64,000 nt of DNA, taken from positions 27,651 to 91,650 of the IMG/VR virus record IMGVR_UViG_3300033120_000804, one strand, 5' to 3'. The notes under the pieces were generated by a model. It worked only from the letters and a program-made list of their open reading frames with translations, did not search any database and was not told where the DNA came from. This document shows positions 1 through 11,000 of this stretch, one piece after another (position 1 is the first letter of the stretch; each line of letters starts with the position of its first letter). The DNA is from a virus (lineage: Duplodnaviria; Caudoviricetes). Made by a program: the position numbers and the translations under genes.

Positions 1-1
1 T

Positions 2-1933
2 TCTGTATTTGGAAACCCAGATAAAAAAGGGGAGTTTAATGAAGATGTAATCAAGAATATCGCTGAATATACCAATACTCCAATTGAAGAAGTTAAAACA
101 CTTTTAAAACCATATTTAAATATAAATCAAACTGATGCTCAAGCTTGGATAACATTAGATGTTTATAAAGAGAGAATGTTAGGTTTAGGTAAATGGACAG
201 AAGAACATGAAATTTCCTTTGATAAAATAAAAAAAGGAGAAACATTATCATTTAAAGATAAATCTATTTTAGCACAACCATTAAAAACTGTACATGTAGA
301 GTTAAAAAAGAATTCTCAGAATACAATGATAATGCATTATAATAAGCAGTCTGAAGCAGTATTACTTCCATTCTTAACCAAAGGTACAGAATTAGATAAC
401 CTTAGATTGGCTATGGAAAGCCAAAAAGTTGATCATATAATTGTACTAGATGGTAAAAAAGTAGGTGCTTCAGGTATTACTAATATTCTGGACGAACAAG
501 GAAAAATTAAACCTAGTTCTGATATTATATTTAATTCTACTAATTTATCTTATAGAGGTTTATTTCTACAACAAGATTTACCTCCTCACGGTATAGATAG
601 TAGACTAGTTGGTAGCCAAGCTGTTAAAAATGTAATGAGTGTTGTATCTAAAGATGAAATAGGTCTTAAATTAGTAGATCAATACCATTCAGTAATATCT
701 AAGTTATCTGATAGAGGTTTACTTAAAATTAAATCTGTATTAGGATATGATCCAGTATTAAAATTTACTGAAGATTCTAATGGAAAGTCAAGATTTTTTG
801 ATACTCTTCATAAAGAATTCTATAATGACTTATCAGATAACTATTTAATTGGTTTAAAAAAGAAATATCCTATTGATGCATTACCATTAAGAAATAAGAT
901 CCAGAATAAACTACATGCTCTTATTACTAAATCGGCTGTTAAACTACAGCAATTAGGAGGAGCATTAATTCAAATATCAGATTTAGGATTAATAGGCGTT
1001 GAAGTAGATATGAATACTCCAGTTAAAGATGGTATTATTTGGTTTAAAAATCCTACAGAAAAACTTAAAGCAATGAGTATTAATGAAAAAGGTGTTAAAC
1101 CTGCTCAAATATTAATGCCTTATGCTAAAATGATGCAAGATCCTAGAATTAATCTTATTATTAAAAATAAATTTGGAGTAAATTCATATAAAGAATTAAG
1201 TGCTAATCAAATTAAAGAATTAATTTCATCTAAAGTATTAGAAGGATTATCTTACCGTATTCCTAATCAAGGTCCTTCATCTAATGATGCTTTTGAAATA
1301 GTAGGTATATTACCCCCAGAAATGGGAGATAGTATTGTATCATTCTCTGATATTACTACTAAAACTGGATCTGATTTTGATATTGATAAAAGTTTTATTA
1401 TTCTACCTAATTATCATTTTGATGCAAAAGCTAATAAAATTAGATATGTAGAGTATGATCCTTTAAATGAAACCAAAGAAGGTTTAGAAAATAGACGTTT
1501 AGAGCTCATGAGAGAAATGCTAATGCGCCCTGAAGCATATTTATCAGTAATGGCTCCATTAGATGATCCTTGGTTAGAAAATGTAGCTAAAGATTTATTT
1601 CCTGAATCACTAAATAACAATGATTTACAATTTTTCAATGGAGTAGAACAGTTAAGTAATAAGATATTATTTGATAATGCTAAATCATTAGTAGGTACTA
1701 TTGCAAATCATATGAGTAACCATTCTTTATTTTTACATGAAGATATTGGATTCAATGATTATTACTTAGGAAAAGGAATTAAAACAGGTGCTGTAGAAAA
1801 AATTGAAAATAATGATGTATCTTTGTCAGAAGATAAATGGGAATTAATTGTAAGTAAAGATGATTCAATGACAAAAGATACTTGGGAAAGTTTATCCAAC
1901 AAAGAAAAAAATAAAATCTTAGAATGTTTATAA
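2..1933 (+). CDS. crAss-like virion RNA polymerase, catalytic (N-terminal) part; 5'-truncated by the window
   Basis: Frame is open from base 2 (…INQTDAQAWITLD…). Contains YRIPNQG and the catalytic GSDFDIDK motif typical of crAss-like virion RNAPs. Confidence 0.9.
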   Translation, partial: SVFGNPDKKGEFNEDVIKNIAEYTNTPIEEVKTLLKPYLNINQTDAQAWITLDVYKERMLGLGKWTEEHEISFDKIKKGETLSFKDKSILAQPLKTVHVELKKNSQNTMIMHYNKQSEAVLLPFLTKGTELDNLRLAMESQKVDHIIVLDGKKVGASGITNILDEQGKIKPSSDIIFNSTNLSYRGLFLQQDLPPHGIDSRLVGSQAVKNVMSVVSKDEIGLKLVDQYHSVISKLSDRGLLKIKSVLGYDPVLKFTEDSNGKSRFFDTLHKEFYNDLSDNYLIGLKKKYPIDALPLRNKIQNKLHALITKSAVKLQQLGGALIQISDLGLIGVEVDMNTPVKDGIIWFKNPTEKLKAMSINEKGVKPAQILMPYAKMMQDPRINLIIKNKFGVNSYKELSANQIKELISSKVLEGLSYRIPNQGPSSNDAFEIVGILPPEMGDSIVSFSDITTKTGSDFDIDKSFIILPNYHFDAKANKIRYVEYDPLNETKEGLENRRLELMREMLMRPEAYLSVMAPLDDPWLENVAKDLFPESLNNNDLQFFNGVEQLSNKILFDNAKSLVGTIANHMSNHSLFLHEDIGFNDYYLGKGIKTGAVEKIENNDVSLSEDKWELIVSKDDSMTKDTWESLSNKEKNKILECL

Positions 1934-1934
1934 T

Positions 1935-2288
1935 ATGAAAATACAAGAAATCTTAACAATGCTATTTGAAATTGAAATAGTAGCTCATGTAGCACATTTA
2001 CAAACTACATCTTATGCAAAACATATGGCTTTAGATCAATTATACAATGATATTGTAGAACACAGAGATACACTTGCAGAAGCTTGGCAAGGAGAATATG
2101 GTATAGTATCTGGATATGGTGATTTAAGTTTTAAAGAAGGGACTGATATTGTAAAATATTTAGGAGAGTGTTGTAAATCATTAGATACATTTAAAAAAGA
2201 AGTAGATGAGTCTTACATTCAACAAATACTAGATAATGTAAGTGAACTTTTGTATAAAGTTAAATACAAACTTGTAAATCTTAAATAA
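1935..2288 (+). CDS. Ferritin/Dps-like four-helix-bundle protein (DUF5856-like)
   Basis: AHVAHLQTTSYAKHMALDQLY…D.LAE.WQG.YG and terminal YKL..L pattern of phage ferritin-like proteins. Confidence 0.75.
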   Translation: MKIQEILTMLFEIEIVAHVAHLQTTSYAKHMALDQLYNDIVEHRDTLAEAWQGEYGIVSGYGDLSFKEGTDIVKYLGECCKSLDTFKKEVDESYIQQILDNVSELLYKVKYKLVNLK

Positions 2289-4273
2289 TGGCTTATTGTA
2301 TTGATATAAATCATTTTAAAGTAAAAGAATTAGCAGAACAACTAAATTTACCAAGAATAGTAACTGCTGCTAAAATAGCATTGTGGCAAGAAGAAAATAA
2401 TAATTTTGATCTATTTCCTGAAATAGAAGATTTATCTACTACTAAAGTTAAAGAAATTAATCAAAATAATACTTTACTATCTAATAGATTTGACGAGTCT
2501 GGAAATAAAATAGAAAATACATTAGGTGCTTTCATGAATGCTATTGTAGATGCTGCTAAAGATCCTTATATTTCTAGAGCTAATATTAATCAATTTACAG
2601 CTGGAACTGCTTTTATGTTAGCTAGAGCTGGAGTAGATAGAGAATGGATTGTATCATTTATTGGCCAACCCATACTTAAAGATTTATATTTAGAAACTCA
2701 AAAAGCAGAAAGTGAAGCATCTAGTGAAAAAAGAGATGATAAAGGAAAAAAATTAAAACCCTTAGATATAATAATTAAAAAATACAAAGGACAAGATTTT
2801 GTTAAGGAGCAATTAAAGAGTTATAAATTAAAAAAAGATAAATTAGGTAATATTATATTATCTACAGAAGAACTAATATCTTCTATTAAAGAACCTGATT
2901 TAGATAATTCAGACTTTGTTAATAGACAACTTGAAGTTTTAAATCAGTTTATTGAATGGCAAGGTAAATCAAGAGAATTAAATGATTTATTAAAATTAAC
3001 TAAGGTAGATGTAGATGGCGCATTTAGAAATTTAAATAGAGTAAATTTATATTTAAAACTATATAATAATGTAGTAGGTAATAATAAATTTATTGGTATT
3101 GATAATATTCTAGGAGTTAATCCAGAGTCTAAAAATATGATTGCCACCTATATTAAGAATGGGCCTAAAGCTGCTAGAGAAATGTATGGAAGTATGTTTT
3201 TAGAAGCAACTCCTGCATTTGATAACTTAACTGATCAAGTATTAAAATCAGCAGGTTACTTAGATCTAGGTATGACTAAGAAAAACGAAATGCTCTTAGA
3301 TTGGATTAGTAATGAAGTCTATGCTTATACAATTGCTAATACAGATTACTTTAATATAGAACAAGATCAATTAAAAGAAATCTTTTTTGGTTCTAAAAGC
3401 TCTCTTGATTTAGGGGAAGAAATAATTAAATATAGAAAAGATAATCCTAATATATTATTAGATTCTTTAAATATAGAAATATCAAGTAAGGATTTAACTA
3501 ATGGAGAATTTCTTAAAACACCTTGCAAAATAACTTTAGATAATAATGATCAAGTAAAACAATTACAAAATCAGTTTTATAAAGAATGGGAAAAATTATA
3601 TTATGATAATCCTACACTTGGTAAGAAATTAGTACAGTACGCATTTTACTCATCTGGATTCTATTCTAAGAATAGTTTACAAGATCATATTCCTTTGAAT
3701 ATCCTAAATTCAACAGGTTATTTTGATGATTTTACAGATAGTAGAAAATTCTATTCCAAAAATCAATTTGCTTTAGATGCTTCATTAGATACTATTTATA
3801 AAAATCTATATTATATCAATGAGTTAGTACCTAAAATTAACCTAGCTATTACAAGTGCAATAGCAGATGATAAAGGTAATGTATTTGATACAAATGATGG
3901 TTTTATATTAGCTGATTTAAATCCTAGTTATATTGCTGGATTAGATAGTAATAATTCAGTTGTATGGAAAAGATTTTTAAAGACTACTGATAACTTATAT
4001 CAATGGCAAGGTTATACTGAAGATGGATTGGGAGCTGTTTATTTAAAGGTAAATAAATTAGGTTTTAATAACTTAGGTAGATCACTTAAAGAATATAATG
4101 CAAATGACTCAATTATAACTGAAAATAATATAAGTTTACCAGAAGCTTTAATTAAAGTAGCAAGTGGATTAAGTTCTATAAAATACCCAGTAACTAAGTT
4201 TACTGAAAAAGATATTGAAAATGTAGTACAAAGTGATATTACAGAAAGATTAAATTATTGTAAAATAGTATAA
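2288..4273 (+). CDS. Virion RNA polymerase, C-terminal part (split gene)
   Basis: After a ~60 aa head it carries FMNAIVDAAKDPYI…N.N.FT…MLARAG, a motif I recognise as lying downstream of DFDID within the same polypeptide in crAss-like RNAPs. Confidence 0.75.
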   Translation: MAYCIDINHFKVKELAEQLNLPRIVTAAKIALWQEENNNFDLFPEIEDLSTTKVKEINQNNTLLSNRFDESGNKIENTLGAFMNAIVDAAKDPYISRANINQFTAGTAFMLARAGVDREWIVSFIGQPILKDLYLETQKAESEASSEKRDDKGKKLKPLDIIIKKYKGQDFVKEQLKSYKLKKDKLGNIILSTEELISSIKEPDLDNSDFVNRQLEVLNQFIEWQGKSRELNDLLKLTKVDVDGAFRNLNRVNLYLKLYNNVVGNNKFIGIDNILGVNPESKNMIATYIKNGPKAAREMYGSMFLEATPAFDNLTDQVLKSAGYLDLGMTKKNEMLLDWISNEVYAYTIANTDYFNIEQDQLKEIFFGSKSSLDLGEEIIKYRKDNPNILLDSLNIEISSKDLTNGEFLKTPCKITLDNNDQVKQLQNQFYKEWEKLYYDNPTLGKKLVQYAFYSSGFYSKNSLQDHIPLNILNSTGYFDDFTDSRKFYSKNQFALDASLDTIYKNLYYINELVPKINLAITSAIADDKGNVFDTNDGFILADLNPSYIAGLDSNNSVVWKRFLKTTDNLYQWQGYTEDGLGAVYLKVNKLGFNNLGRSLKEYNANDSIITENNISLPEALIKVASGLSSIKYPVTKFTEKDIENVVQSDITERLNYCKIV

Positions 4274-4275
4274 GA

Positions 4276-7200
4276 ATGTATATTTGTTTTGATGAAAATG
4301 ATGAAGGTTGGCAAAAATTAGTACAATCTTTTGGAGGTGATGAAAAAAAAGCATTTGCAGCTTGGGAAGCAAATAACTATAACTATTCTGATGATATATA
4401 TTCTAATATAGCTCAAGATGCAGTATTAGAAGAAGATGTAGCTGAAGAACCTAAAGATAAATATTATAAAGAGAAACAAATTGTTCTAGATAAAGCAGAA
4501 TCTATTCTAAAACATAAATTAAAGTCTTTAAAATATGCTGTAAATAAACATGAACATTTAGATACTTTGGTAACTCAAATGAATGGAGTACTTCAGGATC
4601 TAGAAAACTATGAAACTGACTTTGCAATCATTAAATTTATCCAGGGTTCAGAAAGAATGATTAACTCATCTTTAAAATGGCTGGAGAAAATTGAAAATGA
4701 CCCTTCTAAGCTCAATGCTAATACACTCAAAAGAATATACGAAAGTGTATCTCAATTTGAGATTTTAAACACTCTCTCAGAAGACTTTTTTGAAGATCCT
4801 GAGCATAAAGAAGAATATAGAAAAGTATCTGATTTATTAAGTAAGATTAATAATATTCATAATAGATATATTACTGAGGCTAGGGACTTCTTAGTAGACC
4901 ATATTACTCCTGGTTTTCAAAAAGTAAAAGCATTTTATGAAGAAAAAGCAGAAAGAGAGTATAATGAATCCAAGTTAAAAGTAGATAAAGCAAGAGGACT
5001 TAATAAAGAAGATCTTAGAAAAGCTAAGCAGGAATATATTTATAGATATTTAGCAGCTAATAAAACAACTATTGATAAAGAAACTAAAGAGTATGTAGAA
5101 AACATGGTTGTTCAAATTGCTGATATTAGCTCTTTAATTAGATTTATTGAGAACCCAAGAGACATTAATCATGATATTATTGGAGTTGCAACGGAAGCTT
5201 TAGATTTATCTAATAGAGATGTCAGACAAAAAACTATTAATAAAACATATGAAGGTGATAAATTAAACAAAGCTTTTATTGATTATATAGGTAAACAATC
5301 AGATCCTAAAAAACAATATGCAGAGTTATTTGCTACAGATGAAAAAGGAAATATATTACCTATATTAGTTAATGAAGATTCATTTAATTGGAAATCATTT
5401 ACAGAGAAGTATAAAGATACGCCAGTAATGGAATTACATACTTTTTTATATAATTTATCTAAAGAAAAAACAAAATTAACCGGAACATATAAATCATTAG
5501 GATTCAAATTACCATCTATTAATAAAAGTAATTTAGAAAGATTTTACTCAAATGGTAGTCTTGATACATTAAAACAAGGATTTTTAGATCATTTTAGAAT
5601 TACTGCACAAGATACTGATTATGGTCAAGTAGAAATAGATGAAGCTAATGATAAAAAATTAGATATTAAAAGTACTATTAAAGTTAAAGCTAATGCTCAG
5701 GGGTTAGAAAGATCTGAAATTCCTCTATATTATAGATATAAAATAGATGAAAAAGATTTAAGTTATGATATTGTAAGTTCATTCTTAATGGATTATAATA
5801 ATTCCTTGCAATTTAATGCTAGAACAGAGACAGGGTTATTTCTAGAAATGCTTAAAGATGTGGTAAATGAAGCTTCAGTAGAACAAAGAGTAACATTAAC
5901 TAAAAAACTAAAAATAGATAGTTTAACTGGTAAAACAGTAACTACTACAGCAGAAACATCTAACGTAGCTAAAGCACTAGAATCTTTAATTAGACATAGA
6001 ATTTATGGTATTTCAGTTGAAGGTGATCCTAAAACAGCTAAAATATTAAATCAAATAAAAAATGCTACTTCATTTATTACATTAGGAGGTAACGTATTAT
6101 CAGGAGCTGCCAATTATTTACAAGGAGAATCTGTAATGCTTATTGAAGCTATTGGAAACAAAGACTCAAAATTCTCTATTAAAGATAGAGCTAAGGCTAG
6201 TTTAAAGTTTGATAAAGATATTGGTAATATAATGAAAGATATAGGAGAAATAACTCCTACTAGTAAAACTAATAGATTAATTACTTACTTTGATGCATTA
6301 TCTGATTTTGAAGTAAATGAAAATAAATTTATTAAAAATAATAAGTTTAAAAAAGTAATGGATTCTGGAGCAATGATGTTTGCTAATCAATTTGCAGAAT
6401 ATACAGTTCAAACTGTATTAATGTATAGTAGATTAAATAATATCAAAGCTTTAAATAGCAGTGGTAAATATTTAACTAAAGAATTTACAGAAACAGCTAA
6501 TAGAGATGAAGCTATATCTATAGATGAAGCTATTGTAGGTTGGTCAGAAGAAAATAATCCTATATTTCATAAGTCTGTATCTAAAACAGATATTACTTCA
6601 GATTTAAGTGAAAAAAGTATGTTTAAAATAGAATCTGATATTAAAAGAATTAATAGAGATTTATATGGTAACTATGATTCTTTAAATAAAAGTGAATTAG
6701 AAAGAAATGCTTTTGGGGCCCTATTAACTCAAATGAGAAAATGGATTGTAACAGGTATTCAAAAAAGATATAGAGGTATTGGTAATGTAAAAACTAAAAC
6801 TGAAGATCTAGATATTAAACAAAGAAGTTTTAATACTCAAACAGATCAATTTGAAGAAGGTACTTATACTACATCAATAAAATTTCTATACAATTTAGTT
6901 AAAGAATGGAAAGCTTTAAGAATGAAAACAGTTCCTGAAAATTGGAATAAATTAACTAATAATGAAAAAGCTAATATTAAGATGACTATGGTTGAAATAG
7001 GTATGGCGATATCTTTATGGGCATTAGCTACTGCTTTAAGATCTGGAGATGATGATGATGAAGATAAACTATTATTAGCTTATTTATCTAGAAGATTATA
7101 TTCTGAATTAATATCATTTGCAAACATTAATGAAGCCCTTAGAACATTTAGAAGCCCTATGATGGTAACTAATACTATGGAATCTATAGTAGATGTCATT

Positions 7201-7350
7201 ACACAAGCTTCTACAGCTCCTACAGAAGAATATGAAACAGGTTTTAATAAAGGAGAAAATAAACTTAAACATAAATTAGTTAAATTGATTCCAGTTTGGA
7301 AACAATATGATAGAAACTTGGAACAATCTATGTTATTTTTAGAAAAATAA
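4276..7350 (+). CDS. Large virion cargo/ejection protein (1024 aa)
   Basis: Large helical protein directly after the RNAP, with the same Cys-containing N-terminal head. Position is typical of crAss-like cargo proteins. Confidence 0.6.
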   Translation: MYICFDENDEGWQKLVQSFGGDEKKAFAAWEANNYNYSDDIYSNIAQDAVLEEDVAEEPKDKYYKEKQIVLDKAESILKHKLKSLKYAVNKHEHLDTLVTQMNGVLQDLENYETDFAIIKFIQGSERMINSSLKWLEKIENDPSKLNANTLKRIYESVSQFEILNTLSEDFFEDPEHKEEYRKVSDLLSKINNIHNRYITEARDFLVDHITPGFQKVKAFYEEKAEREYNESKLKVDKARGLNKEDLRKAKQEYIYRYLAANKTTIDKETKEYVENMVVQIADISSLIRFIENPRDINHDIIGVATEALDLSNRDVRQKTINKTYEGDKLNKAFIDYIGKQSDPKKQYAELFATDEKGNILPILVNEDSFNWKSFTEKYKDTPVMELHTFLYNLSKEKTKLTGTYKSLGFKLPSINKSNLERFYSNGSLDTLKQGFLDHFRITAQDTDYGQVEIDEANDKKLDIKSTIKVKANAQGLERSEIPLYYRYKIDEKDLSYDIVSSFLMDYNNSLQFNARTETGLFLEMLKDVVNEASVEQRVTLTKKLKIDSLTGKTVTTTAETSNVAKALESLIRHRIYGISVEGDPKTAKILNQIKNATSFITLGGNVLSGAANYLQGESVMLIEAIGNKDSKFSIKDRAKASLKFDKDIGNIMKDIGEITPTSKTNRLITYFDALSDFEVNENKFIKNNKFKKVMDSGAMMFANQFAEYTVQTVLMYSRLNNIKALNSSGKYLTKEFTETANRDEAISIDEAIVGWSEENNPIFHKSVSKTDITSDLSEKSMFKIESDIKRINRDLYGNYDSLNKSELERNAFGALLTQMRKWIVTGIQKRYRGIGNVKTKTEDLDIKQRSFNTQTDQFEEGTYTTSIKFLYNLVKEWKALRMKTVPENWNKLTNNEKANIKMTMVEIGMAISLWALATALRSGDDDDEDKLLLAYLSRRLYSELISFANINEALRTFRSPMMVTNTMESIVDVITQASTAPTEEYETGFNKGENKLKHKLVKLIPVWKQYDRNLEQSMLFLEK

Positions 7351-7380
7351 TAGAAAGTAAAAAATTTTAGAAAGTAAAAT

Positions 7381-7408
7381 AAAAAGGGAGTTGCTACACT
7401 CCCTTTCT
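7381..7408. terminator. Bidirectional intrinsic terminator between convergent gene blocks
   Basis: aaaaagggagt-tgctac-actccctttc hairpin between genes ending at 7350 (+) and 7414 (-). Confidence 0.75.
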
Positions 7409-7413
7409 TCATT

Positions 7414-7836
7414 CTAAATTTCTGGTATTGTTTCTTTAGATTTATAAAATTGATATAAAGTCTTCATATCTTCATAACTACCTTTATACCCTTTCTTATT
7501 TTCAAGTCTAGAAATAGTAGAAGCTGAGATATTAGTTAAATCTTCTACATCTTTTTGACTTAATTCCAACTTCTCTCTAGTTTCTCTAAAATACAATAGT
7601 AATAAATCATATTCTGGCATTATTACAATTTCATTAGTATTAACTACAATAGGTTTTTCTTCTTTCAACATATGAGCTAATTCTAGTTCATAATATTGAG
7701 AATCTTTACTTGTAGATAATCTTTCTAAAGATAAAATTTCATTTTTATAATTTAAGATTCTAATTCTATAATAGAAATAAAATATTACTGCTACTATAAT
7801 AGCAGTACTTAAAATGGATGTTATAACTTCTATCAT
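7414..7836 (-). CDS. Membrane-anchored XRE-family HTH protein
   Basis: N-terminal hydrophobic helix. C-terminal REKLELSQKDVEDLTNISASTISRLEN is an XRE-type HTH. Confidence 0.7.
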   Translation of the reverse strand: MIEVITSILSTAIIVAVIFYFYYRIRILNYKNEILSLERLSTSKDSQYYELELAHMLKEEKPIVVNTNEIVIMPEYDLLLLYFRETREKLELSQKDVEDLTNISASTISRLENKKGYKGSYEDMKTLYQFYKSKETIPEI

Positions 7837-7848
7837 AGTTTTTTTAAT

Positions 7849-8052
7849 TTAGCTTATTTTAATTGATTTTATTTGTTTGCATTTAGGACATTCATAGATT
7901 TTTTTAATACAATAAGGATAATTAGAAAACTCATTTTCATATTTATTTATATATCTTTCAAATACCCATTCATGTTCACAAGTCTCTTTATTAGATATTA
8001 ATCCAATAACACATAATAATACTACTATTATTAAACATAAAATTATAATCAT
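7849..8052 (-). CDS. Small membrane protein with Zn-ribbon-like motif
   Basis: TM N-terminus, CEHEW…CPKCK. Confidence 0.5.
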   Translation of the reverse strand: MIIILCLIIVVLLCVIGLISNKETCEHEWVFERYINKYENEFSNYPYCIKKIYECPKCKQIKSIKIS

Positions 8053-8067
8053 AAATATTTTTTTAAA

Positions 8068-11000
8068 TTAAGCACCACACATCTCACAATCATCCGGATT
8101 ATCTAAACTACAACTTATTTGTTCTTGTATTTCTTCTTTCTCAGCAGTAAATTTAATAGCATCAGCAGCAGCTTTTGTTCTTAAATAATACATACCTGTT
8201 TTTAAACCTAATTTCCAACCATAAAAATGCATGGAAGTAAGTTTACCAAAATTAGCATTCTCCATAAATACATTCATAGATTGAGATTGACAAATAAATT
8301 TACCTCTATCTGCTGCCATCTCTAATATTTTCTTTTGAGAGATTTCCCAAACAGTTTTAAATACTTCTTTTACTTCTGTTGGAATCTCTGGAATATTTTG
8401 TACAGAGCCATTTTCATTTTTAAGCTTATTAATAATAGTATCATTCCATAAATCTAAACTTATTAATTTATCTACTAAATGTTTGTTAACCATTATAAAT
8501 TCACCTGATAAAACTCTTCTAGTATATAAATTAGAAGTATATGGCTCAAAACATTCATTATTACCTAAAATAGAAGCTGTTGATGCAGTTGGCATTGGAG
8601 CTAATAATAATGAATTTCTAATTCCATATTTAACAATCTGAACTTTTAATTTTTTCCAATTCCAATTGCTAGATTTCTCTACTTCTTCTGTTTTATTCCA
8701 CATATCATACTGTAAAATACCTTTAGAAGCAGGAGATCCTTCAAATGAATCATAAGGCCCCTTTTCAATTGCAAGATCCTTAGAAGCTGTTAAACTAGCA
8801 AAATAAATAGTTTCAAATATTTTATCATTTAGTTCTTTAGCTTCCTCTGAATCAAAAGCAATATTCATCATTGCAAATGTATCTGCTAATCCCTGAATCC
8901 CAATACCAATTGGTCTATGCTTAAGATTGCTTAATTTAGTTTCAGGAGTAGGGTAATGATTACTATCAATAACTCTATTTAAGTTAATAGTTAATTCATA
9001 AGATAAGTCATATAATAAATCATGATCAAAGAAATAACCTAAAAATTCTGATTTACTATTTGCTGCTAATTTGCCTCCATATCCTTTTACTAGACATTTA
9101 TTAACTGCAATAGAAGCTAGATTACAAACTGCTTGTTCTGTTGGAGAAGTATATTCTAAAATCTCAGTACAATTTCCGGTTAAAATGCCATTAAAAACAG
9201 CTTTGTGTTTTAAAGGTTCATTTACACAATAGGTGTCAGAAATAATAGTATTTCTTTCTATATCTATAACTTTTATATAATTTTCAGATTGTCTATTGCT
9301 AGATAAAGTTCTTGATAAATTAAGCCTTTTACAATCTAAACCTAAATCAAGTAATTTTGAAGTTTCAATTCCTCCTAAATATAATCTATATGCAGATTTA
9401 CACCATCTTTCACAAGATTCTCCATTTCTATTTTTAAAAGTTCTAAATGTCTCATCAGATTTAAGAGTTAATTTGCAATTAACCCCCATAGTATCTAACA
9501 TTTTTTTAACATTTTCTAGAAATTCTTTATTAACAGCAGTTATTTCTATATCTTTACCATTAGAATGACCATCTCCGTCACAATAACCAGCAAACCAGTC
9601 AAGTTTAACATTTAATGAATAATCAAGAGGTACTTTATATTTATTTTCCATTTCTGGGTATAAAGTAAGATTTAAAGACCCTTCTGTTGTTAATTTTCCA
9701 GAAGTAGTTTTAAGGTTAATATACCCCTTTTTATACAAGTCAATTTTTGATCCATATAGAGTTATTCTCTTATGTTTTCCAAAATCATGGCCATCTGCAC
9801 AATATAAACCATGTGTATAAGGATATAAAAAATCATTATTAGAATTATCAATAGCTGGCATTGAAAATCTACTAATTCTATCTCCTACTATTAAATCTTC
9901 AGCATTAACAATTTCTTCATATAATTTTCCTTTGTTATTTTTACCTGGACGTTTAACATAAAACTTATGATAAGGAGTACAATCTAAAATGCTACCATTT
10001 GAAAAACTAAAAGTATGTAAATTTACATTTTCCCCTGTTTTTCTTACAATAGTATCTGAAAATTGGGTACCATTCCATACTTTAACATTTTGATTTTCTA
10101 AAGATGAAATAATTTTATAACCTTCATCTGTTAATATTTCAGTATGAGCAGCCACACATAAATTTGAAGATTTTATTGTCCCTAGATTTTTCTGATTAGA
10201 TTTTTTATTCGCTGCGTCCTTGTAGACAACAAACGGCGTACCTGTTTCAATTTGGGAATCTAAAATCTTAGTCCAAAGTTCTTGAGCTTTAATAGTCTTC
10301 CTACCTTTGTTCTCAGCTTCATATCTCTCATATAAGAGCTTAAATTCATCTCCATATACATCAGATAGTCCTGGACATTCATTAGGACACATAAGAGTCC
10401 AGTTTTCATCAGCTTCTACCCTCTGCATAAATAAATCTGGTATCCATAATGCTGGAAATAATTCTCTAGCTCTTAATTCCTCCTTGCCAGTATTCTTTCT
10501 GATATCTAAAAAATCAAATACATCAGCGTGCCAAGGTTCTAAATACATTGCAAAAGAACCCTTGCGCTTATTTCCTCCTTGGTCCCACCATCTAGCTAGT
10601 TCATTGTATGTTTTTAATAAAGGAATTAGTCCTTTAGAAGTACCACCAGAACCTTTAATGTATGATCCAGTAGCTCTAATGTTATGAATAGCTAAACCAA
10701 TGCCACCTGAGGCAGCTGAGATAGTAGCTACATCTTTTGCAGTATCCATAATACCTTCTAAACTATCTTCTTTATTTGTCAATAAGAAACAAGAAGACAT
10801 TTGAGGTTTCGGTGTACCTGAATTAAACAAAGTAGGAGTTGCATGTGTGTAATAACCATTAGCTAAACTAAGATAAGTTTTTTCTATATTAACTATATCT
10901 AACCCATGAATGCCAATAGCAACTCTCATATACATATATTGAGGAGTCTCTACAATATTTCCATTAGATCTAATTAAATAAGACTTATATAATGTTTTTA

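Noticed and set aside
1900-2300. Intron or split intein explaining the RNAP break
   Set aside because: No group I core motifs like those in the two real introns, and no intein C1/HN-type blocks at the new termini.
1414-10687. Short antisense ORFs in the track (e.g. 1414-1638, 2944-3147, 5283-5507, 7080-7412, 9296-9568, 10307-10687)
   Set aside because: They lie opposite well-supported genes and have no motifs; shadow ORFs.
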